From: an archaeon
Lineage (GTDB): Archaea; Thermoproteota; Nitrososphaeria; Nitrososphaerales; Gagatemarchaeaceae
NCBI GenBank assembly: GCA_021819035.1
Contig: JAKASL010000001.1
Span: 1,013,524 to 1,037,523, forward strand
Length of the DNA: 24,000 bases
Direction of reading: 5' to 3'
The notes below the pieces were generated by a model, which worked only from the letters and a program-made list of their open reading frames with translations, was not told where the DNA came from and did no database searches. The position numbers and the translations under genes are program-made. Shown piece by piece: positions 6,210 to 14,113 of the stretch. How positions within the stretch are numbered: the first letter of the stretch is position 1; each line of letters begins with the position of its first letter.

Positions 6210-7217
6210 TTGCCAGAAAGCTCACCCAGAGGACGCGTCCTCACCAGTCCCGTGTTCCTGGCCGCCATCTGCGCGGGCCTCGCCGTAAGGGTCGCCCTTG
6301 TGTTAGTCCACCCGCTGCACCTCACTGACGTGTCGTACTACGACGTCCAGGCGGTGCAGTACCTCCTCCGCGGGGTGGACCCCTACGGCGCTTACTACTC
6401 GGCCCCGTCGGCCCTCGCCACCCCGGGGGCCGCAGAGGTCTTCGCCTACCTACCAGGGGTCTTCTCCTTCATCGCGCCTGCCGGGGCCCTCGGCACGACA
6501 ACCCTTGGGATGGTGGCGTCTGACCTGGTGGCTGCGCTGTCCGTCCGCCTCCTCGGCCCCAGGGGGGCTCTCCCTTCCCTGGCCTACTTCCTCTTCCCCC
6601 CGGTCGTCCTGTTCTCGACCTACTTCGTCAACGACTCTCTCCCCGCCATAGCGTTCGTAGCCGTTGCGGTGGCGGCCGAGGCCAAAGGGAGGCCCAACGC
6701 GTCGGGGGTCTTCTGGGGGCTCGCCTTCGGTTCGAGCGTCGAGGCCTGGCTCGCCTTCCCCTTCCTCGCGGCGTTCTCCATCCGCAGGGGAAGGGCCTTC
6801 CCTCCGCTCCTCGCCGTCCTGACTGCGGCGGCGGTCGTCCTCCCGTTCCTGGCCTGGTCCCCTGCCGCGTTCATACAGGATACCCTGCTGTTCCAGTTCC
6901 AGCGGTCCCCGGTCCCCTTCCTCTACTCTGGTCCCTTCGGGCTCAGCCTGAACCCGAGCCTCCAGGGAGTCTTCGTGAGCCTGGGCAGCGCTGCCCCGCC
7001 GGCCCTTAGGGGGCTGCTGGTCCTCGTGGCCCTGGGGGCCCTCCTCTGGCGCTTCGACGGGAGCCTGAGGGGGCTGGCCCTGCGCTCTGCCTGCTTCTCC
7101 GCCCTCTCCCTCTTCCTCCTCCCCGGCGTCGCCTTTTGGAGCTACTTCGAGCTCCCTCTGATGCTCTTGGCGGCGTGGTACGCCCTCGGCGGCGGGCGGC
7201 GCCTTGCCAAGGCTTAA
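6210..7217 (+). CDS. polytopic membrane protein, GT-C-like glycosyltransferase (DUF2029/PIG-M-like)
   Basis: 335 aa with many hydrophobic spans. The N-terminal loop LTDVSYYDVQAVQYLLRGVDPYG....AYLPG resembles the D..Y......l.G..PY....y.Y.P signature of DUF2029/PIG-M mannosyltransferases. The start could be TTG 6210 or GTG 6252. Confidence 0.55.
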   Translation: MPESSPRGRVLTSPVFLAAICAGLAVRVALVLVHPLHLTDVSYYDVQAVQYLLRGVDPYGAYYSAPSALATPGAAEVFAYLPGVFSFIAPAGALGTTTLGMVASDLVAALSVRLLGPRGALPSLAYFLFPPVVLFSTYFVNDSLPAIAFVAVAVAAEAKGRPNASGVFWGLAFGSSVEAWLAFPFLAAFSIRRGRAFPPLLAVLTAAAVVLPFLAWSPAAFIQDTLLFQFQRSPVPFLYSGPFGLSLNPSLQGVFVSLGSAAPPALRGLLVLVALGALLWRFDGSLRGLALRSACFSALSLFLLPGVAFWSYFELPLMLLAAWYALGGGRRLAKA

Positions 7218-7221
7218 AGAG
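7211..7221 (+). promoter_or_regulatory. TATA-like box overlapping the GT-C stop codon
   Basis: GGCTTAAAGAG is centred ~30 nt upstream of ATG 7247. Confidence 0.5.
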
Positions 7222-7246
7222 CAGAGCTGGAAGTCGCAGACCCCCG

Positions 7247-7777
7247 ATGAGCGACGGAGCCAGGCAGATGTACAAGATCGTGGCCTGGGTGTCGTTCGCG
7301 ATCATCGTGGTAGTCGCGGTCTACGGCATCACGAGGTCGCTCTACTTCACAGACGAGCCCATCGGCAAGGCCCTGGTGGACGTCTACTTCCCGTTCCCTC
7401 CATACTTCGCCCAGCCGATCACCTACTTCAGCGTCGCCTGTGTCGCCCTCTTCTACAGCGGCCTGAGGATCTGGGAGGACACGGTCTCGAGGTGGCCCCA
7501 CTGGCTGCTCATGTTCCTCCAGCTCTTCGGCTTCGTGATCGCTTTCTCAGCCGCCTACGAAGTGATGTACAACTTCATGGTCTGGGGGGCGCTCTTCTCG
7601 GTGTCCTGCACCCCCCCGCCGGTCGGCCTTGGGAACTGCAACCCCGACACCCTGGCGACCACATACCCTTCCCAGTGGAGCCTTGTCTTCGCCACGAGGG
7701 CTTTCAGCGCCCTCTTCGCGATAAGCGGCTACTCGGTCTACTACCTGAGGAAGTTCTCGAAGTCCGGCTCGGTCTAG
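7247..7777 (+). CDS. hypothetical membrane protein (~4 TM)
   Basis: ATG 7247 lies inside track ORF 7136..7777: MSDGARQMYKIVAWVSFAIIVVVAVYG... It has several hydrophobic segments and G/C-rich third positions. No family recognised. Confidence 0.6.
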   Translation: MSDGARQMYKIVAWVSFAIIVVVAVYGITRSLYFTDEPIGKALVDVYFPFPPYFAQPITYFSVACVALFYSGLRIWEDTVSRWPHWLLMFLQLFGFVIAFSAAYEVMYNFMVWGALFSVSCTPPPVGLGNCNPDTLATTYPSQWSLVFATRAFSALFAISGYSVYYLRKFSKSGSV

Positions 7778-8136
7778 ACCTGGAGCGGCTTCGCGGCCCC
7801 CGCGTACAGCAGGAAGACGTGGACCACAGCGAGGACGGCGAACGCCCCGAGCGCGGAGGCGGCCAGGGAAGAGAAGTCCCCCGCGAGCAGTGGGAACCAG
7901 GCGTACACCTGATATGACGATATCAGCAGACCGAGGGCAGCGCTCGAGACAGACCAGGAGAAGGTCAGCCTCCAACCCGGCCGGAGCTTCAGCAGCGCCC
8001 CGGACACGGCGCAGGCTGTCACAGGCCAGGCCATCAGGACAGACCCCCCTTCAACCCCCACCGCTATCCAGACGACGGCGATGGCCCAGAAGAAGTAGGG
8101 GGCATACCCCCTCAGCAGCTTCCCGACGTCAGGCAT
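7774..8136 (-). CDS. hypothetical small membrane protein (~4 TM)
   Basis: Track ORF 7774..8157. ATG 8136 (MPDVGKLLRGYAPYFFWAIAVVWIAV...) lies 28 nt from the TTTATAA box; the GTG at 8157 is too close to that box. Confidence 0.55.
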   Translation of the reverse strand: MPDVGKLLRGYAPYFFWAIAVVWIAVGVEGGSVLMAWPVTACAVSGALLKLRPGWRLTFSWSVSSAALGLLISSYQVYAWFPLLAGDFSSLAASALGAFAVLAVVHVFLLYAGAAKPLQV

Positions 8137-8159
8137 CCGAGGGGCGCCCCCCGGCACTC

Positions 8160-8170
8160 GTTATAAATCG
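8160..8170 (-). promoter_or_regulatory. TATA box for the 7774-8136 gene
   Basis: The reverse strand reads CGATTTATAAC, centred 28 nt upstream of ATG 8136. Confidence 0.5.
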
Positions 8171-8240
8171 TCCGCCGCCCCCGGCCTGGAGAAGCCGAGG
8201 TAGCCTTATCTGCCGAAGGAGTGCCGCTTAGCATTCACCA

Positions 8241-11200
8241 ATGGCCTCCCAGACCCCGGTCAAGACCTACGGCCTCGCCGCGAAGCTGGCCGAGCTGACA
8301 AGGCCGGCGAAGGAGGTGGAGGAGTCCCTGCTCGCGTCCGCTTCGTACGACGGCGACAAGAGGAAGGCCGTCCTGAAGTTCTACGACCAGAAGGCCGGGA
8401 GGTTCTGGCTCTGGGAGGACGACACAGGGCACCGCCCCTACTGCTACACCAAGCTCCCCATGGACGAGCTGAAGGCGGTGAGCGCTCGCAAGGACGTGCT
8501 TGAGATAGTCGAAGAGGAGAAGCTGGACCTGCTCACCGACTCGAAGACGAAGCTCAGGAAGATAGTCACCACGGACCCCCTGGCCATAGGCGGGGGGAAC
8601 GACAGCATCCGTGACCAGATCAAGGCCTGGGAGGCCGACATCAAGTACTACGAGAACTACGCCTACGACCTAGGCCTCCGCATGGGGACGTACTACAGGG
8701 TGGCCCAGGGGAAGGTGGTCCCTGTCAGGCACGCTGTCCCTGAGAGGGTGGCTAGGTCACTCGAGGAGATCATGGCGAAGGACCCGCCGGCCTTCACCCC
8801 GTTCCTGAAGGAGTGGGCGGAGCTCCTCGGCGAGCCTCTCTCAGAGTTCAAGAGGGTGGCCCTCGACATCGAGGTCAACAACGAGCCGGGGAGGCTCCCC
8901 GACGTCGAAAACCCGAGCCAGGAGGTCATAGCCGTGTCCTTCTTCAACGAGAACGAGAAGGTGGTCTACATGCTCAGGGGGGGGCGGAGCGAGGAGGGCG
9001 TCAGCGGAGCGCCCTACGACTATCAGCTCTTCGACAGGGAAGCGGACCTCCTCAGGGCGGTCCTCTCGAAGATGATGGACTACCCGGTGATAGTCACCTT
9101 CAACGGGGACGACTTCGACCTGAGGTACATCCAGCACAGGAGCGAGAGGCTGGGGATAGCCGAGGAGGAGGACCCAATCCAGCTGGAGAGGGTGGCGGCG
9201 TCGCTCAAGCACGGGATCCACATCGACCTCTACCAGTTCTTCCGGAACAGGTCGATCCAGGTCTATGCGTTCAGCAACAGGTACACCGACCACACGCTCG
9301 GAGGGGTGTCTGAGTCCCTGATCGGCAAGTCGAAGGTGGACTTCGAAGGAGAGGTCGGCGACCTCCCCCTGTTGAAGCTGGGGGAGTACTGCCTGAACGA
9401 CGCCCAGCTGACCTACGAGCTGACGTCCACGAGCGACTCCATCGTGATGAAGCTCCTCCTCATGATTTCGAGGATAGGCAAGATGCCCATGAACGACGTC
9501 TCGAGGCTCGGCATATCCAACTGGATCAGGAGCATGCTGTTCTACGAGCACAGGAGGATCGGCGCCCTCATCCCCAGGCAGGACGAGCTCGCTGAGAAGG
9601 GAGGGGCGTCTTCGAAGTCGATCATAAAGGGGAAGAAGTACAAGGGGGGCCTTGTAATCGACCCCAGACCAGGGGTGTACTTCGACGTCTCGGTCCTCGA
9701 CTTCGCCAGCCTGTACCCGTCCCTGATGAAGGTGCACAACCTCTCCTATGAGACAGTCAACTGCGCCCACCCTGAGTGCAGGTCCAACAAGATACCCGAC
9801 ACCGACTCGTGGGAGTGCACCAAGAGGAAGGGGATCACGAGCCTGGTGATAGGCTCGCTCAGGGACCTGAGGGTCGGGCACTACAAGCAGCTGGCGAAAG
9901 ACCCCACCCTGTCGAAGCAGGAAAGGGAGCTCTACGGGGTCGTGTCTCAGAGCCTCAAGGTCTACCTCAACGGCGCCTACGGCTCCTTCGGGTTCGAGTC
10001 GTTCGCTTTCTACTGCCTCCCGGTCGCCGAGGCCACCGCCGCCCTCGGCAGAGACGCCATCACGAGGACCATAGCCAAGTGCAAGGAGCTCGGGGTCGAC
10101 GTCCTCTACTCGGACACGGACAGCCTCTTCCTGCACAGCCCGTCCAAGGAGCAGGTGTCAACCATATCGGGGTGGGCCGACTCCGGCCTTGGGGTCGAGC
10201 TCGACCTCGACAAGGTCTACAGGTACGTCGCTTTCAGCAGCAGGAAGAAGAACTACTTCGGTGTCTTCCCAGACGGGACGGTCGACATCAAGGGACTGAC
10301 AGGCAAGAAGTCCGTGCACGGCAGCACCCCCATGCTCGCCCGCTATGACGAGAGAGTCCGGCTGGCCACAGTGGCTGAGGCGTACGAAGCTTTCAAGGCG
10401 GGGAAAGACGTCGAGGTAGTGACGGTGGTTGACGGGTTCAACACTGCATGGGTGCACATCTCAGATGCCATGAGGCACGAGGTGTCGGATGTCTTTGAAA
10501 TCAGAACGAGCAAAGGGAGGGAGCTGAGACTGTCGGGAGACCACAGCGTGTATCTCATGGACTCGCTTGGGCGACTGTTCCACAGAAGCACGAAAACGCT
10601 GAGACCAGGTGACGTGGTCGTCGGAGCCCAGTACGTGCCTCCGCGCGACCCTAGTCCACGCCTCCCTGTGTTGCACTACCTGACGAGCCCGCTCCTGTTC
10701 AGGGACGGACGTGCGTACTCGGCCAGGGCCCACGCGACTGTATCGACGCCTTTGCCCTGCAGCCTCCCGATGTCGAGGGAGCTGGCCACCATGCTCGGGC
10801 TGTACGTGTCTGAAGGGAGCGCCTCGGAGGACGACAGGTCCAGGAACGACTCAATCACCCAGAGTCGGCTGGCGAACCCGGAGGTGTGTGCTGAGATAGA
10901 ACGCTGCTGGGAGGTTCTGTTTCAGAGGCCAATCAAGACATTGCGCCGGCGGGGGGGAGTCAACACATACTACCTTCCTAGGCTCCACGCGGAGCTCTTC
11001 AGGGCTCTTTGCGGGGGGTCCAGCGAGGCAAAGCACGTCCCAGGGATAGTCTTCGACGCAGATGGGGGGTTCGTAGCGGCGTTCCTGAGGGCAGTCTTCT
11101 CGGGAGACGGATACGGCGATGGAAGGAGAGTGAACATCGCTTCGAGGAGCAAGGCGCTGCTCACGGAGGTCGCCTATCTTCTGGCACGTTTCGATATCGA

Positions 11201-12164
11201 TGTGAGGATAAGGGAGATTTCGGTGAAGGATACGAGGTACCATCAGTTGAGCGTGATGGGGGCATTCAGCCGGGAGCGCTTCTACCGGTACATCGGATTC
11301 ATGCAAGGCAGGTTCAAAGCTGAGGTGGGCACGGCCCCAAGGAACGAGGAGCTAATCCCTATCTCCACCGACGGGCTTCTGAATATCAAGTCACAGATGC
11401 TCCGACGGCGCGGCCTCAAGCGCAAGAGGGGCCTGAACCTGCACGATGCGCGCTACTACGACCTGTCTTTGCTGAACCGCTACAATTCTGTGCTTGGGCG
11501 ACTCCTTCAGATGGCCAACAGCGAAGAAAGAAAGGGCCTGATCAGAGTTGCGAGGATGCTCAATGTCAAAGACGTGACTTTCGACGAAGTCATTTCTGTA
11601 AGGAGGCTACGCGGTGGCGCGACTATGTTTGACTTCTCTGTTCCAACCTTCGAAAGGTTTGTGGCAGGCAATCTGCCCACCCTCCTGCACAACAGCCAGA
11701 CCCCTGAGTACCTGAAGAGGATCTTCTACGACACCCTGGGGATACTCAGCTCCGTCAAGGACCCCGACGACTTCGAGAGGGCTAGGACCAGCACCAGGGA
11801 GCTCCTCACCAGGATGGTGTCGGACCTCAAGGGGAAGAGGGTCCCGGTCGAGGACCTGGCGTTCACCGTCATGATGAGCAAGCCGACGGCCAAATACAAC
11901 GGCACGACCCCCCAGCACGTGAGGGCGGCCATGCAGCTCGAGAAGAAGGGGGAGGAGATCAAGGCCGGGGAGACGATCGCGTTCGTCAAGACCAAGAGCC
12001 CCCCCTACGTGAAGCCGGCGAAGCTGGCCAGGGCCGACGAGGTCGACGCTGACAAGTACATCGAGTACGCCCACTCGATGTTCGACCAGCTCCTTGACGC
12101 CCTTGACTTCTCCTTCGACGAGATCATGGGTGCCACCACCCTCGATTTGTTTTGGGGGGGGTAG
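8241..12164 (+). CDS. polB: family B DNA polymerase, intein-containing precursor
   Basis: 1307 aa. Exo I LDIEV, Exo II NGDDFDLRY, Exo III YCLNDAQLTYEL, motif A DFASLYPSL, motif B KVYLNGAYGSFG, motif C YSDTDS, and a C-terminal PIP-like TTLDLFW. A 461-aa intein interrupts it. Confidence 0.95.
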   Translation: MASQTPVKTYGLAAKLAELTRPAKEVEESLLASASYDGDKRKAVLKFYDQKAGRFWLWEDDTGHRPYCYTKLPMDELKAVSARKDVLEIVEEEKLDLLTDSKTKLRKIVTTDPLAIGGGNDSIRDQIKAWEADIKYYENYAYDLGLRMGTYYRVAQGKVVPVRHAVPERVARSLEEIMAKDPPAFTPFLKEWAELLGEPLSEFKRVALDIEVNNEPGRLPDVENPSQEVIAVSFFNENEKVVYMLRGGRSEEGVSGAPYDYQLFDREADLLRAVLSKMMDYPVIVTFNGDDFDLRYIQHRSERLGIAEEEDPIQLERVAASLKHGIHIDLYQFFRNRSIQVYAFSNRYTDHTLGGVSESLIGKSKVDFEGEVGDLPLLKLGEYCLNDAQLTYELTSTSDSIVMKLLLMISRIGKMPMNDVSRLGISNWIRSMLFYEHRRIGALIPRQDELAEKGGASSKSIIKGKKYKGGLVIDPRPGVYFDVSVLDFASLYPSLMKVHNLSYETVNCAHPECRSNKIPDTDSWECTKRKGITSLVIGSLRDLRVGHYKQLAKDPTLSKQERELYGVVSQSLKVYLNGAYGSFGFESFAFYCLPVAEATAALGRDAITRTIAKCKELGVDVLYSDTDSLFLHSPSKEQVSTISGWADSGLGVELDLDKVYRYVAFSSRKKNYFGVFPDGTVDIKGLTGKKSVHGSTPMLARYDERVRLATVAEAYEAFKAGKDVEVVTVVDGFNTAWVHISDAMRHEVSDVFEIRTSKGRELRLSGDHSVYLMDSLGRLFHRSTKTLRPGDVVVGAQYVPPRDPSPRLPVLHYLTSPLLFRDGRAYSARAHATVSTPLPCSLPMSRELATMLGLYVSEGSASEDDRSRNDSITQSRLANPEVCAEIERCWEVLFQRPIKTLRRRGGVNTYYLPRLHAELFRALCGGSSEAKHVPGIVFDADGGFVAAFLRAVFSGDGYGDGRRVNIASRSKALLTEVAYLLARFDIDVRIREISVKDTRYHQLSVMGAFSRERFYRYIGFMQGRFKAEVGTAPRNEELIPISTDGLLNIKSQMLRRRGLKRKRGLNLHDARYYDLSLLNRYNSVLGRLLQMANSEERKGLIRVARMLNVKDVTFDEVISVRRLRGGATMFDFSVPTFERFVAGNLPTLLHNSQTPEYLKRIFYDTLGILSSVKDPDDFERARTSTRELLTRMVSDLKGKRVPVEDLAFTVMMSKPTAKYNGTTPQHVRAAMQLEKKGEEIKAGETIAFVKTKSPPYVKPAKLARADEVDADKYIEYAHSMFDQLLDALDFSFDEIMGATTLDLFWGG
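10311..11693 (+). mobile_element. intein with LAGLIDADG homing-endonuclease domain inside PolB
   Basis: The insertion lies between ...DIKGLTGKK and SQTPEYLKRIF. Block A is SVHGSTPML (Ser1) and block B is LSGDHSV. The LAGLIDADG motifs are LGLYVSEGSA and FLRAVFSGDGYG. The C-terminal blocks read MFDFSVPTFERFVAGN...LLHN, followed by Ser+1. There are many A/T-ending codons, unlike the flanking exteins. Confidence 0.85.
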
Positions 12165-12233
12165 CTCCGGCGCAGAGGGCTCTGCCCGTGGGCGCGAGCG
12201 CTCGATTTGTATAGTGAGCGCAGGGTGGCTGAC

Positions 12234-13082
12234 ATGTTGGCGCGGGACAAGGTGAGGCTGGGGATGGTCCAGATGTCCATGGGGGAAGACCGGAGGGCCA
12301 ACCAGAGGAAGGCCGAGAGGTACATACGCGAGGCCGCGTCCCAGGGGGCCGACGTCGTCTGCCTCCCGGAGCTCTTCCTCTCGCGCTACTTCCCGACGAC
12401 CAGGGGGTCCTTCGAGAAGGCGGAGGAGATCCCGGGCCCGACGAGCAGGTGGCTTTCGGAGAGGGCGAAGGAGAGCAAGGTCATCCTGGTCGGGGGGAGC
12501 ATCTTCGAGAGGGACGGACGGCACAGGTACAACACATGCCTCGTGTTCGACGAGAATGGGAAGAGGGTCTCCAAGTACAGGAAGGTGCACATCCCCCAGG
12601 ACGAACACTACTACGAGCAGGACTACTTCAGGGCCGGGGACGGGTACTCGGTCGCCCGGACCGCCAAGGGGCGGCTGGGGACGCTGATCTGCTTCGACCA
12701 GTGGTACCCCGAGGCCGCGAGGGTCAACCGCATCATGGGGGCGGAGATCCTGTTCTACCCCACGGCCATCGGCTGGGTGGACGGGATAGAGATGGCCGAA
12801 GGGGACTGGAGGCTGGCCTGGGAGGAGGTCCAGGTCGGCCACGCAATAGCCAACAGCATGGTCGTCTGCACGGTGAACAGGGTAGGGAGGGAAGGGCCGA
12901 CGACATTCTGGGGGGGCTCATTCGTCTGCGACCAGTTCGGGAAGGTCCTCCTGCGGGGGGACGGCAGCGAGGGGGTGCTGACTGTGGACTGCGACCCCGG
13001 GCTGGGGGAGGAGATAGAGGCAGGGTGGGGGTTCTTCAGGAACAGGCGGAAGAGGACCTACTCGGCGATAGCGAGGCGATGA
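12234..13082 (+). CDS. aguB: N-carbamoylputrescine amidase (nitrilase/CN-hydrolase superfamily)
   Basis: The Glu-Lys-Cys triad context is present: CLPELF, YRKVHIP, LICFDQWYPE. ATG 12234 gives MLARDKVRLGMVQMS, a normal family N-terminus. An A/T box (GATTTGTATAG, 12204-12214) lies upstream. Confidence 0.85.
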   Translation: MLARDKVRLGMVQMSMGEDRRANQRKAERYIREAASQGADVVCLPELFLSRYFPTTRGSFEKAEEIPGPTSRWLSERAKESKVILVGGSIFERDGRHRYNTCLVFDENGKRVSKYRKVHIPQDEHYYEQDYFRAGDGYSVARTAKGRLGTLICFDQWYPEAARVNRIMGAEILFYPTAIGWVDGIEMAEGDWRLAWEEVQVGHAIANSMVVCTVNRVGREGPTTFWGGSFVCDQFGKVLLRGDGSEGVLTVDCDPGLGEEIEAGWGFFRNRRKRTYSAIARR

Positions 13083-14113
13083 CGGTGGGGGACACCCCGA
13101 GGTCCCTGGGGTACGTGATGCCCGCCGAGTGGGAGCGGCACGAGGCGACCTGGGTCTCCTGGCCGAAGGACCCCGGGACCTTCCCAGGCGGGATCCTCCC
13201 GAAGGTCGAGGGAGCGTATGCGAAGATGGTCGGAGCGCTCGCAGCAGGGGAGGAGGTGAGGATCCTGGTGGACGACGCGAAGTCCGAGGAGAGGGTCTCG
13301 GGGCTGGTCAGGGGGGCAGAGAGGGTGACGTTCCACCGCATCAGGACTGTCGACGTCTGGACAAGGGACTATCTGCCAACCTACATCCGGGGCCCCGACG
13401 TCGCCGTGGTGAAATGGAGGTTCAACGCCTGGGGGGGGAAGTACGAGGACCTCCTCCCAGACGACGAGTCAGGGGAGGCAGTAGCCGCGGCTTCGCGGCT
13501 GCGCACCTTCAGGCCCGGGGTCGTCCTCGAAGGCGGGTCCATCGACCCCGACGGGGGAGGGACGGTGCTCACCACCGAACAGTGCCTCCTCAACCCCAAC
13601 AGGAACCCCCGGCTGGGCAGGGAAGGGATAGAGAAGGTGCTGGCCGACTACGTCGGGGCAGAGTCGGTGGTCTGGCTGAAACGAGGGATCGAAGGGGACG
13701 ATACCGACGGGCACGTAGACGACATAGCCAGGTTCGTCGCCCCCCGCACCGTCGCGGCTGCGGTCGAAACCGACGCGTCCGACGGGAACCGCGCGGCCCT
13801 CGACGAGAACCTGAAGATCCTTCGCGCAGCCAGGGACGCCCGCGGGGGGCGCTTCCAGGTCGAGGAGGTCCCCATGCCCGCCCCCGTCGCCTCGGCCGAC
13901 GGCCGCCTCCCAGCCAGCCACCTCAACTTCTACATCGGCAACGCCGCCGTCCTCGTCCCCATCTTCGGCGGGGAGAGCGACAGGGCGGCGATAGGCGCCA
14001 TGCAGGCTCTCTTCCCTTCGCGGGAGGTAGTGGGGATCGACTGCCGGGCCTTGGTCCACGGGCTCGGGACCCTGCACTGCGTCACCCAGCAGGTCCCTTC
14101 CGCTCACCTGTGA
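13079..14113 (+). CDS. aguA: agmatine deiminase
   Basis: MPAEWERHEATW, WTRDY, DGHVDD and the catalytic Cys in GTLHCVTQQ. ATG 13079 overlaps the aguB stop (ATGA). The 554-aa track ORF is an out-of-frame upstream extension. Confidence 0.9.
   Translation: MTVGDTPRSLGYVMPAEWERHEATWVSWPKDPGTFPGGILPKVEGAYAKMVGALAAGEEVRILVDDAKSEERVSGLVRGAERVTFHRIRTVDVWTRDYLPTYIRGPDVAVVKWRFNAWGGKYEDLLPDDESGEAVAAASRLRTFRPGVVLEGGSIDPDGGGTVLTTEQCLLNPNRNPRLGREGIEKVLADYVGAESVVWLKRGIEGDDTDGHVDDIARFVAPRTVAAAVETDASDGNRAALDENLKILRAARDARGGRFQVEEVPMPAPVASADGRLPASHLNFYIGNAAVLVPIFGGESDRAAIGAMQALFPSREVVGIDCRALVHGLGTLHCVTQQVPSAHL

Noticed and set aside
8841-12842. Very long antisense ORFs 8841..10136 (431 aa) and 11607..12842 (411 aa)
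   Set aside because: They lie opposite polB and aguB, whose catalytic motifs are unambiguous on the plus strand. Their translations are monotonous in R, G, P, V, E, D and L. Long stop-free antisense frames are expected at this G+C content.
12449-13078. The 554-aa ORF 12449..14113 read as one large protein
   Set aside because: Its first ~210 codons run out of frame across aguB and are R/G-rich. The agmatine deiminase homology (MPAEWERHEATW) begins right after ATG 13079, which overlaps the aguB stop.
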